A stretch of 64,000 nt of DNA from Syntrophales bacterium (GCA_963665615.2 CAXXQE010000007.1:248001-312000); one strand, 5' to 3'. Positions 48,300-58,772 are shown, counted from the stretch's first letter. Notes: generated from the sequence alone by a model not told the origin. Translations and numbers: made by a program.

Positions 48300-50867
48300 G
48301 CAGCCTCCGCTTTTCTTTTTCAGATCAGCGGCCCTGTCTTCTATGCGCCATTCGACATGTCCTGATAAATCAACAGTGACCGGTTCTGCGTGCCACACGT
48401 CTCGACAATACTCTTTTATGGCACGGTCAGAAGAGAATTTCCCCATTCGAGCCGTGGTCAGGATAGACATACGCGACCAGTTTTCGGCGTTTTGATAGGC
48501 GTTCGTCACCTTGGCCTGGCAATCCATATATGATTGAAAATCGGCAAAGAGCATATACTCATCTCCCTCCATGAGGGTATCCAAAAGGGGCTTGAAAAGA
48601 TGCCGGTCTTCAGGTGAAAAATAGCCTTCCCTTATAAGATCAACTGCACGCTTCAGTTCCGGACTGGACTCATAAATTGATGCAGACCGGTAACCGGATG
48701 CTTTTCTTGCAACCACCTCATCGGCATTGAGTCCGAAAAGGAAAAAATTCTCCGGTCCGACTTCCTCCAGAATTTCAATATTGGCGCCGTCAAGGGTGCC
48801 TATGGTCAGGGCGCCATTGAGAGCGAATTTCATATTGCCTGTTCCGGAGGCTTCCTTGCCGGCCGTCGAAATCTGCTCCGATATGTCCGCGGCAGGGTAT
48901 ATCTTCTGCGCATTTTTGACATTGAAATCAGGGTAAAAGACAACTTTTATCAGTCCGTGAACGTCGGGGTCGCTGTTTACGATATCAGCGACGGATGAAA
49001 TGAGTTTTATCATTAGCTTGGCCATGAAATAGCCCGGTGCGGCCTTGCCGCCGAAAATAAACACTCTCGGCACGGCGACATCCGCATGATCGAATTTCAT
49101 CCGGGCATAAAGGGCGATAATATGGAGAAGGTTCAAGTGCTGACGCTTGTACTCGTGAATGCGCTTGACCTGTATATCAAAAAGAGAATCGCAATTAAGA
49201 ATGATCCCCGTTTTCTTGTGGATCTCTGCAGCCAGCCTCTCTTTGTTGCCGCGCTTCACACGCCGCCATTCGTCCTGGAACGCTTCATCGTCCGCAAAGG
49301 GTTCAAGCTTCTTTAATTCATAAAGATCGTTAAGCCATTCATCCCCGATTTTTTTTGTTATCAGATCGGTTAAATTCGGATTGCTCAAAGCCATCCAACG
49401 GCGCGGAGTAATGCCATTTGTCTTATTGCTGAATTTTTCGGGTGCGATTCTGTAAAAATCGCGCAAGACCGTACCCTTCAGGAGATCTGTGTGCAATCGC
49501 GCCACGCCGTTTATCGCATGGCTGCCGGCACAGGCGAGGTGGGCCATCCGGACAAAGCCCCCCTCTTTTTCATCGATGATGGAAAGCCGTCCTGCAAGCG
49601 CTTCATCCCCTGGATTTGCGGAGCTGACACCATCAAGGAAGCGTCGGTTGATTTCAATGATGATTTCCACGTGCCTTGGCAAAAGCGCCTGCATAAAACC
49701 CAATGGCCACTTCTCCAGAGCTTCCGGAAGCAGGGTGTGGTTTGTATAGGCAAATGCAGCCACTGTGATCTCCCAGGCCTTTTCCCAGTCCATCCGGTAG
49801 TCATCTACCAGCAGGTGCATCAGTTCGGCGATGGCGATGGAAGGGTGCGTATCATTTAATTGTATGGCATAGGCTTCGTAAAAAGTGTCCAGGGCTTTAC
49901 CGCGTGCAAGATGGATGCGAATCATGTCTTGGAGAGAGCACGATACAAAGAAATACTGCTGCTCAAGCCGCAGTATTTTCCCCTGTAGCGGCTCGTCGTT
50001 GGGATACAGAACCTTTGTCACATTTTCGGATGTGATCTTCTCGTCAACTGCTTTGTAGTAGTCACCATGGCTGAAAGCCTGAAAGTCAAAAGACTCGATT
50101 GCTTCCGCTTTCCAGAGTCGAAGGGTATTACAGGTTCCAACTTTATAGCCGAGTACTGGCGTATCATAGGCGATCCCCTGGACAACGCGGTCAGGAATCC
50201 AGCGGACACAATATCTTCCGATTTCATCTGTGTAACTTTCCGTGCGTCCGCCGAACTTTACATTGAAGGCAATCTCAGGGCGGGGTAACTCCCAGGGATT
50301 ACCGAACCGAAGCCATTTATCTGCGCGCTCCGCTTGATAGCCATTTATCAGCTCCTGCTTAAATATTCCGAATTCATATCTTATGCCATATCCAATAGCC
50401 GGAATTTGCAGCGAGGCCAGAGAATCCATATAGCAGGCGGCAAGCCGTCCGAGGCCACCGTTTCCAAGTCCGGGCTCTACCTCCTGTTCAAAAAAATCTT
50501 CCATATCCAGACCCAGCGAATCCAGCGCATTGCGAACCTCTTTGTAAATACCAAGATTGATGAGATTATTCCCGAGATGAGGCCCCATGAGAAATTCGGC
50601 TGAAAGATAACAAACGATCTTGAAGTCTTTTTTCTCATAAGTGTGAAGTGCATGTGCGGCTCTGTACATTATCCGATCGCGCACTGTATAGGCGAAAGCC
50701 ATATACCGGTCATTAGGTGTCGCAATATCCGGCACACCTCTGCCCTGCACGCATATGAGATTGCTCATGTAGGCTCGCCATAAGGATTCCAGATCTAATC
50801 CGCACCGAATCGTATCGATCGCCTCTTGTTTTTTTTCAGGGCTATCATTGGTATCATTTTCAGTCAT
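48294..50867 (-). CDS. glgP: Glycogen/alpha-glucan phosphorylase
   Basis: LSAEFLMG, GLGNGGLGRLAAC, QLNDTHP, NGITPRRW, KRIHEYKRQ, EASGTGNMK, GTLDGAN. Confidence 0.97.
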   Translation of the reverse strand: MTENDTNDSPEKKQEAIDTIRCGLDLESLWRAYMSNLICVQGRGVPDIATPNDRYMAFAYTVRDRIMYRAAHALHTYEKKDFKIVCYLSAEFLMGPHLGNNLINLGIYKEVRNALDSLGLDMEDFFEQEVEPGLGNGGLGRLAACYMDSLASLQIPAIGYGIRYEFGIFKQELINGYQAERADKWLRFGNPWELPRPEIAFNVKFGGRTESYTDEIGRYCVRWIPDRVVQGIAYDTPVLGYKVGTCNTLRLWKAEAIESFDFQAFSHGDYYKAVDEKITSENVTKVLYPNDEPLQGKILRLEQQYFFVSCSLQDMIRIHLARGKALDTFYEAYAIQLNDTHPSIAIAELMHLLVDDYRMDWEKAWEITVAAFAYTNHTLLPEALEKWPLGFMQALLPRHVEIIIEINRRFLDGVSSANPGDEALAGRLSIIDEKEGGFVRMAHLACAGSHAINGVARLHTDLLKGTVLRDFYRIAPEKFSNKTNGITPRRWMALSNPNLTDLITKKIGDEWLNDLYELKKLEPFADDEAFQDEWRRVKRGNKERLAAEIHKKTGIILNCDSLFDIQVKRIHEYKRQHLNLLHIIALYARMKFDHADVAVPRVFIFGGKAAPGYFMAKLMIKLISSVADIVNSDPDVHGLIKVVFYPDFNVKNAQKIYPAADISEQISTAGKEASGTGNMKFALNGALTIGTLDGANIEILEEVGPENFFLFGLNADEVVARKASGYRSASIYESSPELKRAVDLIREGYFSPEDRHLFKPLLDTLMEGDEYMLFADFQSYMDCQAKVTNAYQNAENWSRMSILTTARMGKFSSDRAIKEYCRDVWHAEPVTVDLSGHVEWRIEDRAADLKKKSGGCL

Positions 50868-50975
50868 AATACCCCCTCGCGGAAAAGCTCAGATCAACCA
50901 AGGACGGTTCAGTGAGTGATTCTGTTGCGCACCTCCGGCTGACATGGTCAATGTTTCTTTAAAGTCGGAACGACA

Positions 50976-51052
50976 CAAGGTAGCTGCTTTTTCTTGATTC
51001 GCTCGCTTATCCCGCCGCAAGCAGCGGAGAATGCGCTCGCTATAGAATTCAG
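50976..51052 (-). mobile_element. Repeat family R1 copy D (left part)
   Basis: Reverse complement ctgaattctatagcgagcgcattctccgctgcttgcggcgggataagcgagcgaatcaagaaaaagcagctaccttg. Confidence 0.8.
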
Positions 51053-51205
51053 AATTTTAAAACAGCTTAATTATACAATCTGGCAAGAAAAAGAATAGCT
51101 TTTTTAGTCCGAATTAACTCAGACACCTGAAAAAAGATTTGCATCAGATCAAGAAGATTGTTACTGTTTTTCTCGTTGGAGGTTTTCAAACAAGGAGGCC
51201 TGCCG

Positions 51206-52387
51206 ATGGGATTTCAAGGTAGCAAAAAGCATCCGAGTTGCCCTTGGTTCCTTGCCGTCGCCTGTATTGCGATACTTGCCTTTTTTCATTCAGCCTGCAG
51301 TAAAGAAAAACAATCCACACTGCCTCCCAAACCTGAAGTGAATATCATAAAGGTGAGCCGAAAAGACGTACCGGTCGCTCCCGAATATGTCGCACAGACC
51401 CAGAGTTCGCGCCTTGTAAACATTCAGGCACGGGTCAGTGGATTCCTGGACCGGAGAATGTATGTTGAGGGTTCTATTGTGAAAGAGGGACAAGTTCTCT
51501 TTCAAATGGATTCCAAACCGTTCAAGGTTCAACTCGATCAGGCCCAGGCGGCTCTTGCCAAACAGGAGGCTGCTCTTGAAACAGCCCGCCTCAATCTGCA
51601 ACGCGTCAAACCACTAACTGAACAAAACGCTCTCTCACAAAAGGATCTCGACGATGCGACCGGTCAATATCAGTCGGCTGCTGCTGCAACGGAGCAGGCA
51701 AGGGCTCAGGTGGAAACAGCCCGTTTGAACCTGTCCTATACAACCATTACCTCCCCGGTAACAGGGGTCAGCAGTTCCGCCCTTCAGGCCGAGGGGACGT
51801 ATATCGGGCTGCAGAACAGCTTGCTGACCTCCGTTGCGGTCCTTTCGCCGATATGGGTGAATTTCAGCCTGTCAGAAAATGATTTTCAGAAATACAGGGA
51901 GCAGGTCTCCAGGGGGCTGCTGCGTGTTCCCAAGGCGAATAAGTTTGTCGTTGAGATCTTGCTTGAGGACGGCTCGGTCTACCTCCATACGGGTCAGATA
52001 ACCTTTGCAGAGCCATCCTATAATCCGCAGACTGCCACCTTTCTCATCCGTACGAGCGTTGAGAATCCGGACGGCATGCTCCGTCCCAATCAATATGTCC
52101 GTGCACGCCTGAAGGGTGCTGTGCGCCCCAATGCGATTCTGATTCCCCAGACAGCCGTGCAACAAGGATCCAAAGGCCATTTTATATGGGTGGTTGGAAA
52201 AGAAAACAAGGTCGAACAACGACCTGTTAAAGTGGGTGAATGGCACGGAAGTGATTGGTTTATCTTTGAAGGGTTGACGAATGGCGAGCAGGTCGTCATC
52301 GGCAACATTCTCTCACTTCGTCCCGGCATGCAGGTCCATATCAAATCCATTCAGAACGGAGCCGTTGCGGATAAGAGTCGGCATTAA
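51206..52387 (+). CDS. RND efflux periplasmic adaptor (MFP) lipoprotein
   Basis: Lipobox-like FHSAC, IQARVSG, EGQVLFQ, LNLSYTTITSP, NPDGMLRP. Confidence 0.93.
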   Translation: MGFQGSKKHPSCPWFLAVACIAILAFFHSACSKEKQSTLPPKPEVNIIKVSRKDVPVAPEYVAQTQSSRLVNIQARVSGFLDRRMYVEGSIVKEGQVLFQMDSKPFKVQLDQAQAALAKQEAALETARLNLQRVKPLTEQNALSQKDLDDATGQYQSAAAATEQARAQVETARLNLSYTTITSPVTGVSSSALQAEGTYIGLQNSLLTSVAVLSPIWVNFSLSENDFQKYREQVSRGLLRVPKANKFVVEILLEDGSVYLHTGQITFAEPSYNPQTATFLIRTSVENPDGMLRPNQYVRARLKGAVRPNAILIPQTAVQQGSKGHFIWVVGKENKVEQRPVKVGEWHGSDWFIFEGLTNGEQVVIGNILSLRPGMQVHIKSIQNGAVADKSRH

Positions 52388-52395
52388 TCGTTCAC

Positions 52396-52472
52396 TTGAA
52401 TTCGTTAGCGCTCGCACTCCCCGCTGCTTGCGGCGGGGAGTGCGAGCGAATCAGGAAATAGCCGCTACCTTG
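52396..52472 (+). mobile_element. Repeat family R1 copy E (left part, extended palindrome) inside the RND operon
   Basis: ttgaattcgttag-cgctcgcactccccgctgc-tt-gcggcggggagtgcgagcg-aatcaggaaatagccgctaccttg. Confidence 0.8.
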
Positions 52473-52500
52473 CTGAAAACACGAGAAGGAGACCAGCCCC

Positions 52501-55500
52501 GTGTTCTCCAACTTCTTCATCCATCGGCCGATCTTCGCCACAGTCATTTCGATCATTATCTGCATCGCAGGTCTGGTAGCCCTGACGGGACTTCCAGTCG
52601 AACAGTACCCCACCATTACGCCTGTCCAGGTCAATGTAACAGCGACCTATCCCGGCGCAGATTCGCAGACACTCGCCGATTCCGTTGCAGCGCCGATCGA
52701 GGCGCAGATCAACGGCGTCGATAAAATGCTCTACATGTCCTCGACGAGTTCATCAAACGGGCAATTGAATCTCACAGTTTATTTCGCCCTTGATGCCGAT
52801 CCCGACGTTGCGCAAGTTCAGGTGCAAAACCGGGTCAATCTTGCTGTGCCCCAGTTGCCGGAAGCAGTGACGCAGTTGGGGGTTTCCGTTCAAAAGAAGG
52901 CCTCTTCGATCATGATGCTGGTCGGTATCTTTGCGAAGGGTGACCGTTATAGCAATGAATACATCGCCAATTACGCCAATCTCCAGGTGCTCGATGCCAT
53001 CAAACGGGTTCCGGGCGCCGGGCAGGCCCAGATCATGGGGGTTCCAGATCAGGCGATGCGAGTCTGGATGAACCCCGATCGGATGGCCTCTCTCGGCATC
53101 ACCACAACAGACATCCAGCAAGCCGTTGCCAGTCAGAATGCCCTTTATGGCGCCGGACAGATCGGACAGGAACCGACTCCCGCTCCCGTGCAATTGAACT
53201 TTCCAGTTGTCACCCAAAGACCCTACACCGATCCATCCCAATACGAGAACATCATTTTACGCGCAAGTCAGAATGGCAGTAGCATTGTGCGGTTGAAAGA
53301 TGTAGCGCGTGCCGAAGTGGGCCTCAGGCAATATATCCTCGACAGCAAACTGAACGGCAATCCCGCCACCTTCATTGCAATTTATCAACAGCCCGGGGCA
53401 AACGGATTAGAGGTGTCAAAGGCCGTCCGTAAAACTCTGGAAGAAATGAAACCGCGATTTCCTGATGGACTCGATTACCGTATTTCCCTCGACACCAACG
53501 ATTTCGTGCGCCTTTCGATTAAAGAGGTGATTCACACGCTCTTTGAAGCGATTGTGCTCGTTATATTGGTTGTGTATCTCTTTCTCCAGAGTTTCCGTAC
53601 AACTGTCATTTGCGCTGTGGCGATTGTTGTTGCCCTGATCAGCACTTTCACCGGCATGCTGGCCCTCGGGTTTTCCATCAACCTGCTGACCCTCTTCGGG
53701 CTGGTGCTCGCCATCGGGATGGTCGTTGACGATGCCATCGTTGTCGTGGAAAATGTAGAGAGAAATATGGCCAGGTATCATCTTTCTCCGAAAGAGGCAA
53801 CCATTCGGGCGATGGGTGAAATATCCGGATCCCTTGTTGCCGTTGTGCTGGTCATGGCCTCCGTTTTTCTTCCTGCTGCATTTCTGCCGGGCACAACCGG
53901 ACAACTCTATAAACAATTCGCCATAACCATCGTCATCTCGGTTGCAGTTTCAGGGTTTGTAGCGCTCACCTTGACACCCGCCATGTGCGGCCTCCTTCTC
54001 AAGCACACACCCCCTCGGTCAAGAGGCTTTTTCGCCTGGTTCAACCGGGCTGTCGACAGCATCACCCGCGGCTTTGGCTATGCGGTGACATTTGTGATCA
54101 AAAGAATGATCATCGCGTTTATCCTTCTGGCGGTTTTCATTTCCCTGATCATTCATTTTTTCAAGGTGCTGCCGACGAGTTTTGTTCCCAATGAGGACCA
54201 GGGGTATGTCATGGCTTTGATCCTCATGCCGGATGCGGCAAGTCTCAACCGAACCAGAGATGTCGCGGCAAAGGTCGAAAGCATTCTTAAAGACATCCCG
54301 GGTGTTGAAGACCGGACGCAGCTCACAGGATACAGCCTGCTTGATAATAGCCTTAAAACCAACACCGGCACATTCTTTGTGACGCTGAAGCCTTTCGATG
54401 AACGGTATGAGTCCATCAAGAAGGCCCGTGCCGAAAATGCGCGCGCCATCCTGATGAAACTGAATGCCGATTCCAGAAAAATCGGGGAGGGACTTGTCAT
54501 TCCGGTTCCGCCCCCCGCCATTCCCGGTATCGGGATGACGGGAGGCTTTGAATTCTGGATTCAGGACAGGGGGGCCGGTGATCCGGCCAGGCTGGACGAA
54601 CTGACGCAATTGCTCATCGCCAAGGCCCGCCAGCGCCCTGAACTCGCCGGTTTGAGTACGACCTTCCGTGCGACCGCTCAGCAATTAAGCGCGGACGTGA
54701 ATCGCGACAAGGCCAGCCTGCTGAGCGTACCTATTAAGGATGTCTACAGTACGATCCAGGCTCAGTTCGGATCGTTAACCGTAAGCCAATACAATGAGTT
54801 CAGCAGGGTCTGGTGGGTCGTGCTTCAGTCAGATCCGAAATACAGGCAGAACCCTGATGACTTAACGCGTCTTTATACGAGATCAAACAATGGAAGCATG
54901 GTTCCCCTTTCCTCGCTCGTTAAAACAAGATGGGTAGCCGGACCCGACTTGCTTCCCCATTTCAACGGCTTTCCGGCCGCAAAGGTCAACGGCTCCGCCG
55001 CTCCCGGCTTCAGCTCAGGACAGGCTATAGCGGCAATGGAAGAAGTTGCGCAAGAGGTTTTGCCGCAAGGCTATACGTACGCCTGGTCCGGACTTGCTTT
55101 TGAGGAAAAGAAATCAGGCGGTACATCCTCCATTGCGTTCATTTTCGGACTCATTATAGTCTTTCTCGTCCTTGCGGCCCAGTATGAGTCCTGGTCCCTG
55201 CCGGGTACAGTCATGATGGCGGTGCCGTTCGGTGTTCTTGGCGCCCTGACGGCAAACTGGCTGCGTGGCCTGCAAAACGATGTCTATTTCCAGATCGGTC
55301 TGCTGGTTCTGATCGGTCTGGGAGCAAAAAATGCGATCCTGCGCGTCTCCTTTGCAGTTGAATTACGCAAACAGGGCCGGTCGATTATGGAAGCCACCAT
55401 TGAGGCCGGTGAACAGCGGTTGAGACCGATCATCATGACTTCGCTCGCTTTTGCAATCGGGGTTCTGCCCTTAGCCGTCGCGATGGGTGCAGGCGCAAAT

Positions 55501-55677
55501 GCGCGGCATTCCATCGGCACAGGGATTATCGGCGGTATGATTGGGGAAACAACATTAGCGATGCTTTATGTTCCCTTGCTGTTTTATATTTTTGACCGGA
55601 TGCGCAATCGAAAACAAAAACCGAGAAATGGCCCAGACGGAACAGAGTCGCAGTCCGACCAACAGGAGGTCGATTGA
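52501..55677 (+). CDS. RND efflux permease (HAE1/AcrB family)
   Basis: FFIHRPIFA, LPVEQYP, YPGA, AIGMVVDDAIVVVENVER, KNAIL, RLRPIIMTS. Confidence 0.96.
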   Translation: MFSNFFIHRPIFATVISIIICIAGLVALTGLPVEQYPTITPVQVNVTATYPGADSQTLADSVAAPIEAQINGVDKMLYMSSTSSSNGQLNLTVYFALDADPDVAQVQVQNRVNLAVPQLPEAVTQLGVSVQKKASSIMMLVGIFAKGDRYSNEYIANYANLQVLDAIKRVPGAGQAQIMGVPDQAMRVWMNPDRMASLGITTTDIQQAVASQNALYGAGQIGQEPTPAPVQLNFPVVTQRPYTDPSQYENIILRASQNGSSIVRLKDVARAEVGLRQYILDSKLNGNPATFIAIYQQPGANGLEVSKAVRKTLEEMKPRFPDGLDYRISLDTNDFVRLSIKEVIHTLFEAIVLVILVVYLFLQSFRTTVICAVAIVVALISTFTGMLALGFSINLLTLFGLVLAIGMVVDDAIVVVENVERNMARYHLSPKEATIRAMGEISGSLVAVVLVMASVFLPAAFLPGTTGQLYKQFAITIVISVAVSGFVALTLTPAMCGLLLKHTPPRSRGFFAWFNRAVDSITRGFGYAVTFVIKRMIIAFILLAVFISLIIHFFKVLPTSFVPNEDQGYVMALILMPDAASLNRTRDVAAKVESILKDIPGVEDRTQLTGYSLLDNSLKTNTGTFFVTLKPFDERYESIKKARAENARAILMKLNADSRKIGEGLVIPVPPPAIPGIGMTGGFEFWIQDRGAGDPARLDELTQLLIAKARQRPELAGLSTTFRATAQQLSADVNRDKASLLSVPIKDVYSTIQAQFGSLTVSQYNEFSRVWWVVLQSDPKYRQNPDDLTRLYTRSNNGSMVPLSSLVKTRWVAGPDLLPHFNGFPAAKVNGSAAPGFSSGQAIAAMEEVAQEVLPQGYTYAWSGLAFEEKKSGGTSSIAFIFGLIIVFLVLAAQYESWSLPGTVMMAVPFGVLGALTANWLRGLQNDVYFQIGLLVLIGLGAKNAILRVSFAVELRKQGRSIMEATIEAGEQRLRPIIMTSLAFAIGVLPLAVAMGAGANARHSIGTGIIGGMIGETTLAMLYVPLLFYIFDRMRNRKQKPRNGPDGTESQSDQQEVD

Positions 55678-57105
55678 ATGCGAAAATGGATTACGGTCAT
55701 CATATCCGTCCTGATATCCGGTTGCATGATAGGACCGGATTATCTACGGCCCAAGACTGATGTCCCTCAGGCGTTCAGGAACAACGATGCAAATTTGCCA
55801 AAATCAAATAACGAAGCAGGCTGGTGGAAACAATTTCAGGATCCGGTCCTGGATGCTCTCATCCTTGAAGGCCTTGAAAAAAATAAATCAATCGGAATTG
55901 CGGCGGCCAATATCGAACAGGCTGCGGCAATATTGACCCAGACGCGCTCCCCGCTATTCCCTCAGGGAGGTTATAGCGGCGCAGCGGCGCGGCAGCGCAA
56001 CTCTGAATCCGGCAACCCGCAGCTTTATCAGTTCATTCCAAATCCGCAAAGCTCATACCAGACGCTGGCGAGTGCGAGTTGGGAAATCGATCTCTGGGGT
56101 CGCATCCGCCGGTTATCCGAAGCCGCGCGGGCCGACCTCCTCGCTACGGAAGAAGCGAGAAGCGGGGTAGCCATCTCTCTGGTATCCTCTATTGCTACCA
56201 GTTACATCCAGTTGATTGCTCTTGACGAGCAGCTCAGTATTGCCCGAAGAACCCTAGCTACGTATAGAGAAGCCGTAAAGTTATTCGAGCTGCGCTTTAA
56301 ATATGGGCAAGTTTCGCAAATGACGGTCGAGCAGGCCCGTTCACAGTATGAGACGGCCGCAGCTGCCGTTCCCCAGCTTGAATCGCAATTAGAGCAAACA
56401 GAAAACGGTCTCTCTCTTCTGCTTGGCCGTAATCCCGGGCCGGTACAAAGGGGAAAAAAGATAACGGAATTGCAGATTCCGTCATTGCCTGGCGGTGTGC
56501 CTTCGGATCTCCTTGCAAACCGTCCGGACATTCGCCAGGCTGAACAGAATTTAATCGCCGCCAATGCACGTCTCGGAGTTGCGCGAAGTCTCTACTTTCC
56601 GAGTATTTCCCTTACCGGCGCTTTTGGCTACGCGAGTTCGGACCTCTCCGACCTGTTTAAAGGCGCTTCCCGAACGTGGAGTTATGCCGGATCAGTGACG
56701 GGACCCATCTTTGCAGGGGGAGCGATTGCAGGACAGGTCAGGCAGGCTGAGGCCGCCAGAAAGGCTGCGCTCTTGAATTATGAAATGGTGATTCAGAGCT
56801 CTTTTGCAGATGTAGAAAACGCCCTTGTCTCGCGAATGAAACTGATCGATCAGGTCCATGCACAGGAAAAACTGGTAAGCGCAAACAGCGAATATGCGCG
56901 CCTTGCCCGACTACAGTATGAAGGCGGATATGTTCCTTATTCAACAGTTCTCCAGGCGGAACAGCAATTATTCCCCTCGGAACTGGACTTTTCACGGTCC
57001 AAAGCATCCCTTCTAATCTCTCTAGTAACGATCTATAAAGCTTTCGGAGGCGGCTGGCCTGTACAGGAACTTAAATCATCATCGGCGGGCATGAATCCCA
57101 TTTGA
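55678..57105 (+). CDS. Outer membrane factor lipoprotein (OprM/NodT family)
   Basis: ISGCMIGPDY, WWKQFQDP.L, WEIDLWGR, LL.NRPDIRQAE, YKAFGGGW. Confidence 0.94.
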   Translation: MRKWITVIISVLISGCMIGPDYLRPKTDVPQAFRNNDANLPKSNNEAGWWKQFQDPVLDALILEGLEKNKSIGIAAANIEQAAAILTQTRSPLFPQGGYSGAAARQRNSESGNPQLYQFIPNPQSSYQTLASASWEIDLWGRIRRLSEAARADLLATEEARSGVAISLVSSIATSYIQLIALDEQLSIARRTLATYREAVKLFELRFKYGQVSQMTVEQARSQYETAAAAVPQLESQLEQTENGLSLLLGRNPGPVQRGKKITELQIPSLPGGVPSDLLANRPDIRQAEQNLIAANARLGVARSLYFPSISLTGAFGYASSDLSDLFKGASRTWSYAGSVTGPIFAGGAIAGQVRQAEAARKAALLNYEMVIQSSFADVENALVSRMKLIDQVHAQEKLVSANSEYARLARLQYEGGYVPYSTVLQAEQQLFPSELDFSRSKASLLISLVTIYKAFGGGWPVQELKSSSAGMNPI

Positions 57106-57218
57106 ATTCTTTAGCGAGTGCATTCCCCGCTGCTGCGGCGCGTAAGCGAACGAATCAGGAAAAAGCAGCTACCTCGGGAATCGGAGATTCGCTGGAGTTT
57201 ACTCCGGCGAGTCTTCAG
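57102..57218 (+). mobile_element. Repeat family R1 copy F (full length)
   Basis: ttgaattctttagcgagtgcattccccgctgctgcggcgcgtaagcgaacgaatcaggaaaaagcagctacctcgggaatcggagattcgctggagtttactccggcgagtcttca. Confidence 0.85.
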
Positions 57219-57251
57219 TATGGCACGGTAAAAGAAAGGAGTTGTGAAAAC

Positions 57252-57932
57252 ATGTCAAAAAAAATTCTGTTAACTGTCATCGCGTTTGCATTTTTATGCA
57301 CAGCATCTTTAGCGGCGGATTATCAATTTTCCGGTTTTTTCGGCGACCCGGGAATCTATGATCGCCTGAAACCGGGCCCGGAAGGCGGCGTCAAATTACG
57401 CTGGCTGAAGGAGGGCATTGATCCCAAGAAATATGACAAATACATGGTGGACAGTGTCATTTTTTACCTAGCGGACAGCGCCGATTACAAAGGCATTGAT
57501 CCTCAGGAGATGAAAGAACTGGCCGATCAGTTTAATAAAGAGATCGTAGCTGCTTTCAAAGATAAGTATCCGATTGTGTCTGAAGCCGGTCCAGACGTTG
57601 CCAGGATCCGTATAGCGATTACAAATATCAAACCGAGCAAGCCCGGTATCAGTGCGGTTACCTCAATTATTCCTATCGGGCTTGGCGTCAGCCTCATCAA
57701 AAAGGGCGCAAAGGGGGGCTGGTCCGGCGGCGGTGAAACGGGGATTGAAATGATGGCGCTCGACAGCATGACTAACGATATCATTGCCCTGGCAGTGGAT
57801 CAGCAAAAAGCGGCTTTCGAGTCACGGTTTTCCAAATGGGGATCGGCCAATGATGCCTTCAAGTTCTGGGCAGAGCGAATTGTAGCTTTCATCGATAATG
57901 GCAAAGGCATCAAGAGGGAACCTGGGAAATAG
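57252..57932 (+). CDS. Exported protein, DUF3313-like
   Basis: AAGGAG RBS, signal peptide, SGFFGD, GPDVARIRIAIT, E...DS.T, F.FWA. Confidence 0.7.
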   Translation: MSKKILLTVIAFAFLCTASLAADYQFSGFFGDPGIYDRLKPGPEGGVKLRWLKEGIDPKKYDKYMVDSVIFYLADSADYKGIDPQEMKELADQFNKEIVAAFKDKYPIVSEAGPDVARIRIAITNIKPSKPGISAVTSIIPIGLGVSLIKKGAKGGWSGGGETGIEMMALDSMTNDIIALAVDQQKAAFESRFSKWGSANDAFKFWAERIVAFIDNGKGIKREPGK

Positions 57933-57939
57933 AATTCCC

Positions 57940-58062
57940 CCATTCGAAGTCTCCTGGAAAATGCTCGATCATGCCGGCATTATCACCGCGATGGTCTATT
58001 CATATGTTCTGGAAAATATGAAAGAACGGGAAAGGGCAAAGCTGATTTTCAAGACACTTTGA
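57940..58062 (+). pseudogene. Degenerate C-terminal fragment of a tyrosine integrase
   Basis: Translates to PFEVSWKMLDHAGIITAMVYSYVLENMKERERAKL, resembling Box II (LGH..I.TT..Y.HV); ends about 100 bp from the tRNA-Lys 3' end. Confidence 0.65.
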
Positions 58063-58165
58063 AAAGTGGGTGCATTTTGTGTGCGAAAACAGTCAAAAAC
58101 AGCCGGATTCAGCCAGAAAAGAAAAAAGGGCTTTCGGCTCAAGTACCGAAAACCCTTTATTTATC

Positions 58166-58241
<76 letters not shown>

Positions 58242-58376
58242 TGACAGGCATCCGGATTTTTATTCATTCGATGAAAGGGCAATCCGGCATTCCCAACAGA
58301 GAGAGAGCATTTATATTATATTTTTATGTTTTGCAAGCGTTTTCTAATCGCTATCAATAACACCCTACCCCTACTT

Positions 58377-58404
58377 AAAAAGGGCACAGATGCCTCTGCG
58401 CCCT
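58377..58404 (-). terminator. Terminator-like hairpin between tRNA-Arg(TCG) and tRNA-Lys
   Basis: A-run then agggcacaga-tgcc-tctgcgccct. Confidence 0.55.
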
Positions 58405-58422
58405 GTACCTGGATACTGCAAC

Positions 58423-58499
58423 TGGTACGCCCGGGAGGATTCGAACCTCCGACCAACAGATTCGAAGTCTGCGACTCTATCCAGCTGAGCTACGGGCGC
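58423..58499 (-). tRNA. tRNA-Arg(TCG)
   Basis: GCGCCCG acceptor stem, CT-TCG-AA loop, GGTTCGAATCC, CCA. Confidence 0.96.
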
Positions 58500-58530
58500 T
58501 TATATCGATCCGGAAATCCGGTTTATTTTA

Positions 58531-58608
58531 TGGGGTGAGCGAAGGGACTTGAACCCTCAACCTTCGGGGCCACAACCCGACACTCTAACCAGTTGAGCTA
58601 CGCCCACC
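58531..58608 (-). tRNA. tRNA-His(GTG)
   Basis: Encoded G-1 and C73, TT-GTG-GC loop, GGTTCAAGTCC, CCA. Confidence 0.96.
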
Positions 58609-58621
58609 ATATCATATCAAT

Positions 58622-58698
58622 TGGCGCGCCTGCAGGGACTCGAACCCCGAACCCTCTGCTTAGAAGGCAGATGCTCTATCCAGCTGAGCTACAGGCGC
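58622..58698 (-). tRNA. tRNA-Arg(TCT)
   Basis: GCGCCTG acceptor stem, CT-TCT-AA loop, GGTTCGAGTCC, CCA. Confidence 0.96.
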
Positions 58699-58772
58699 TA
58701 AAATGAAGGAGATAGATAACCTCTTTCATTTTTTTTGTCAAGAACGATTGACGCGATGAGATCCGTTTTTTA

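Noticed and set aside
57102..57251. 50-aa N-terminal extension of the DUF3313-like ORF, and a TGGCACG sigma54-like word at 57221
   Set aside because: The extension is mostly repeat R1 sequence and the real start with RBS and signal peptide is 57252; TGGCACG lacks the -12 TTGC
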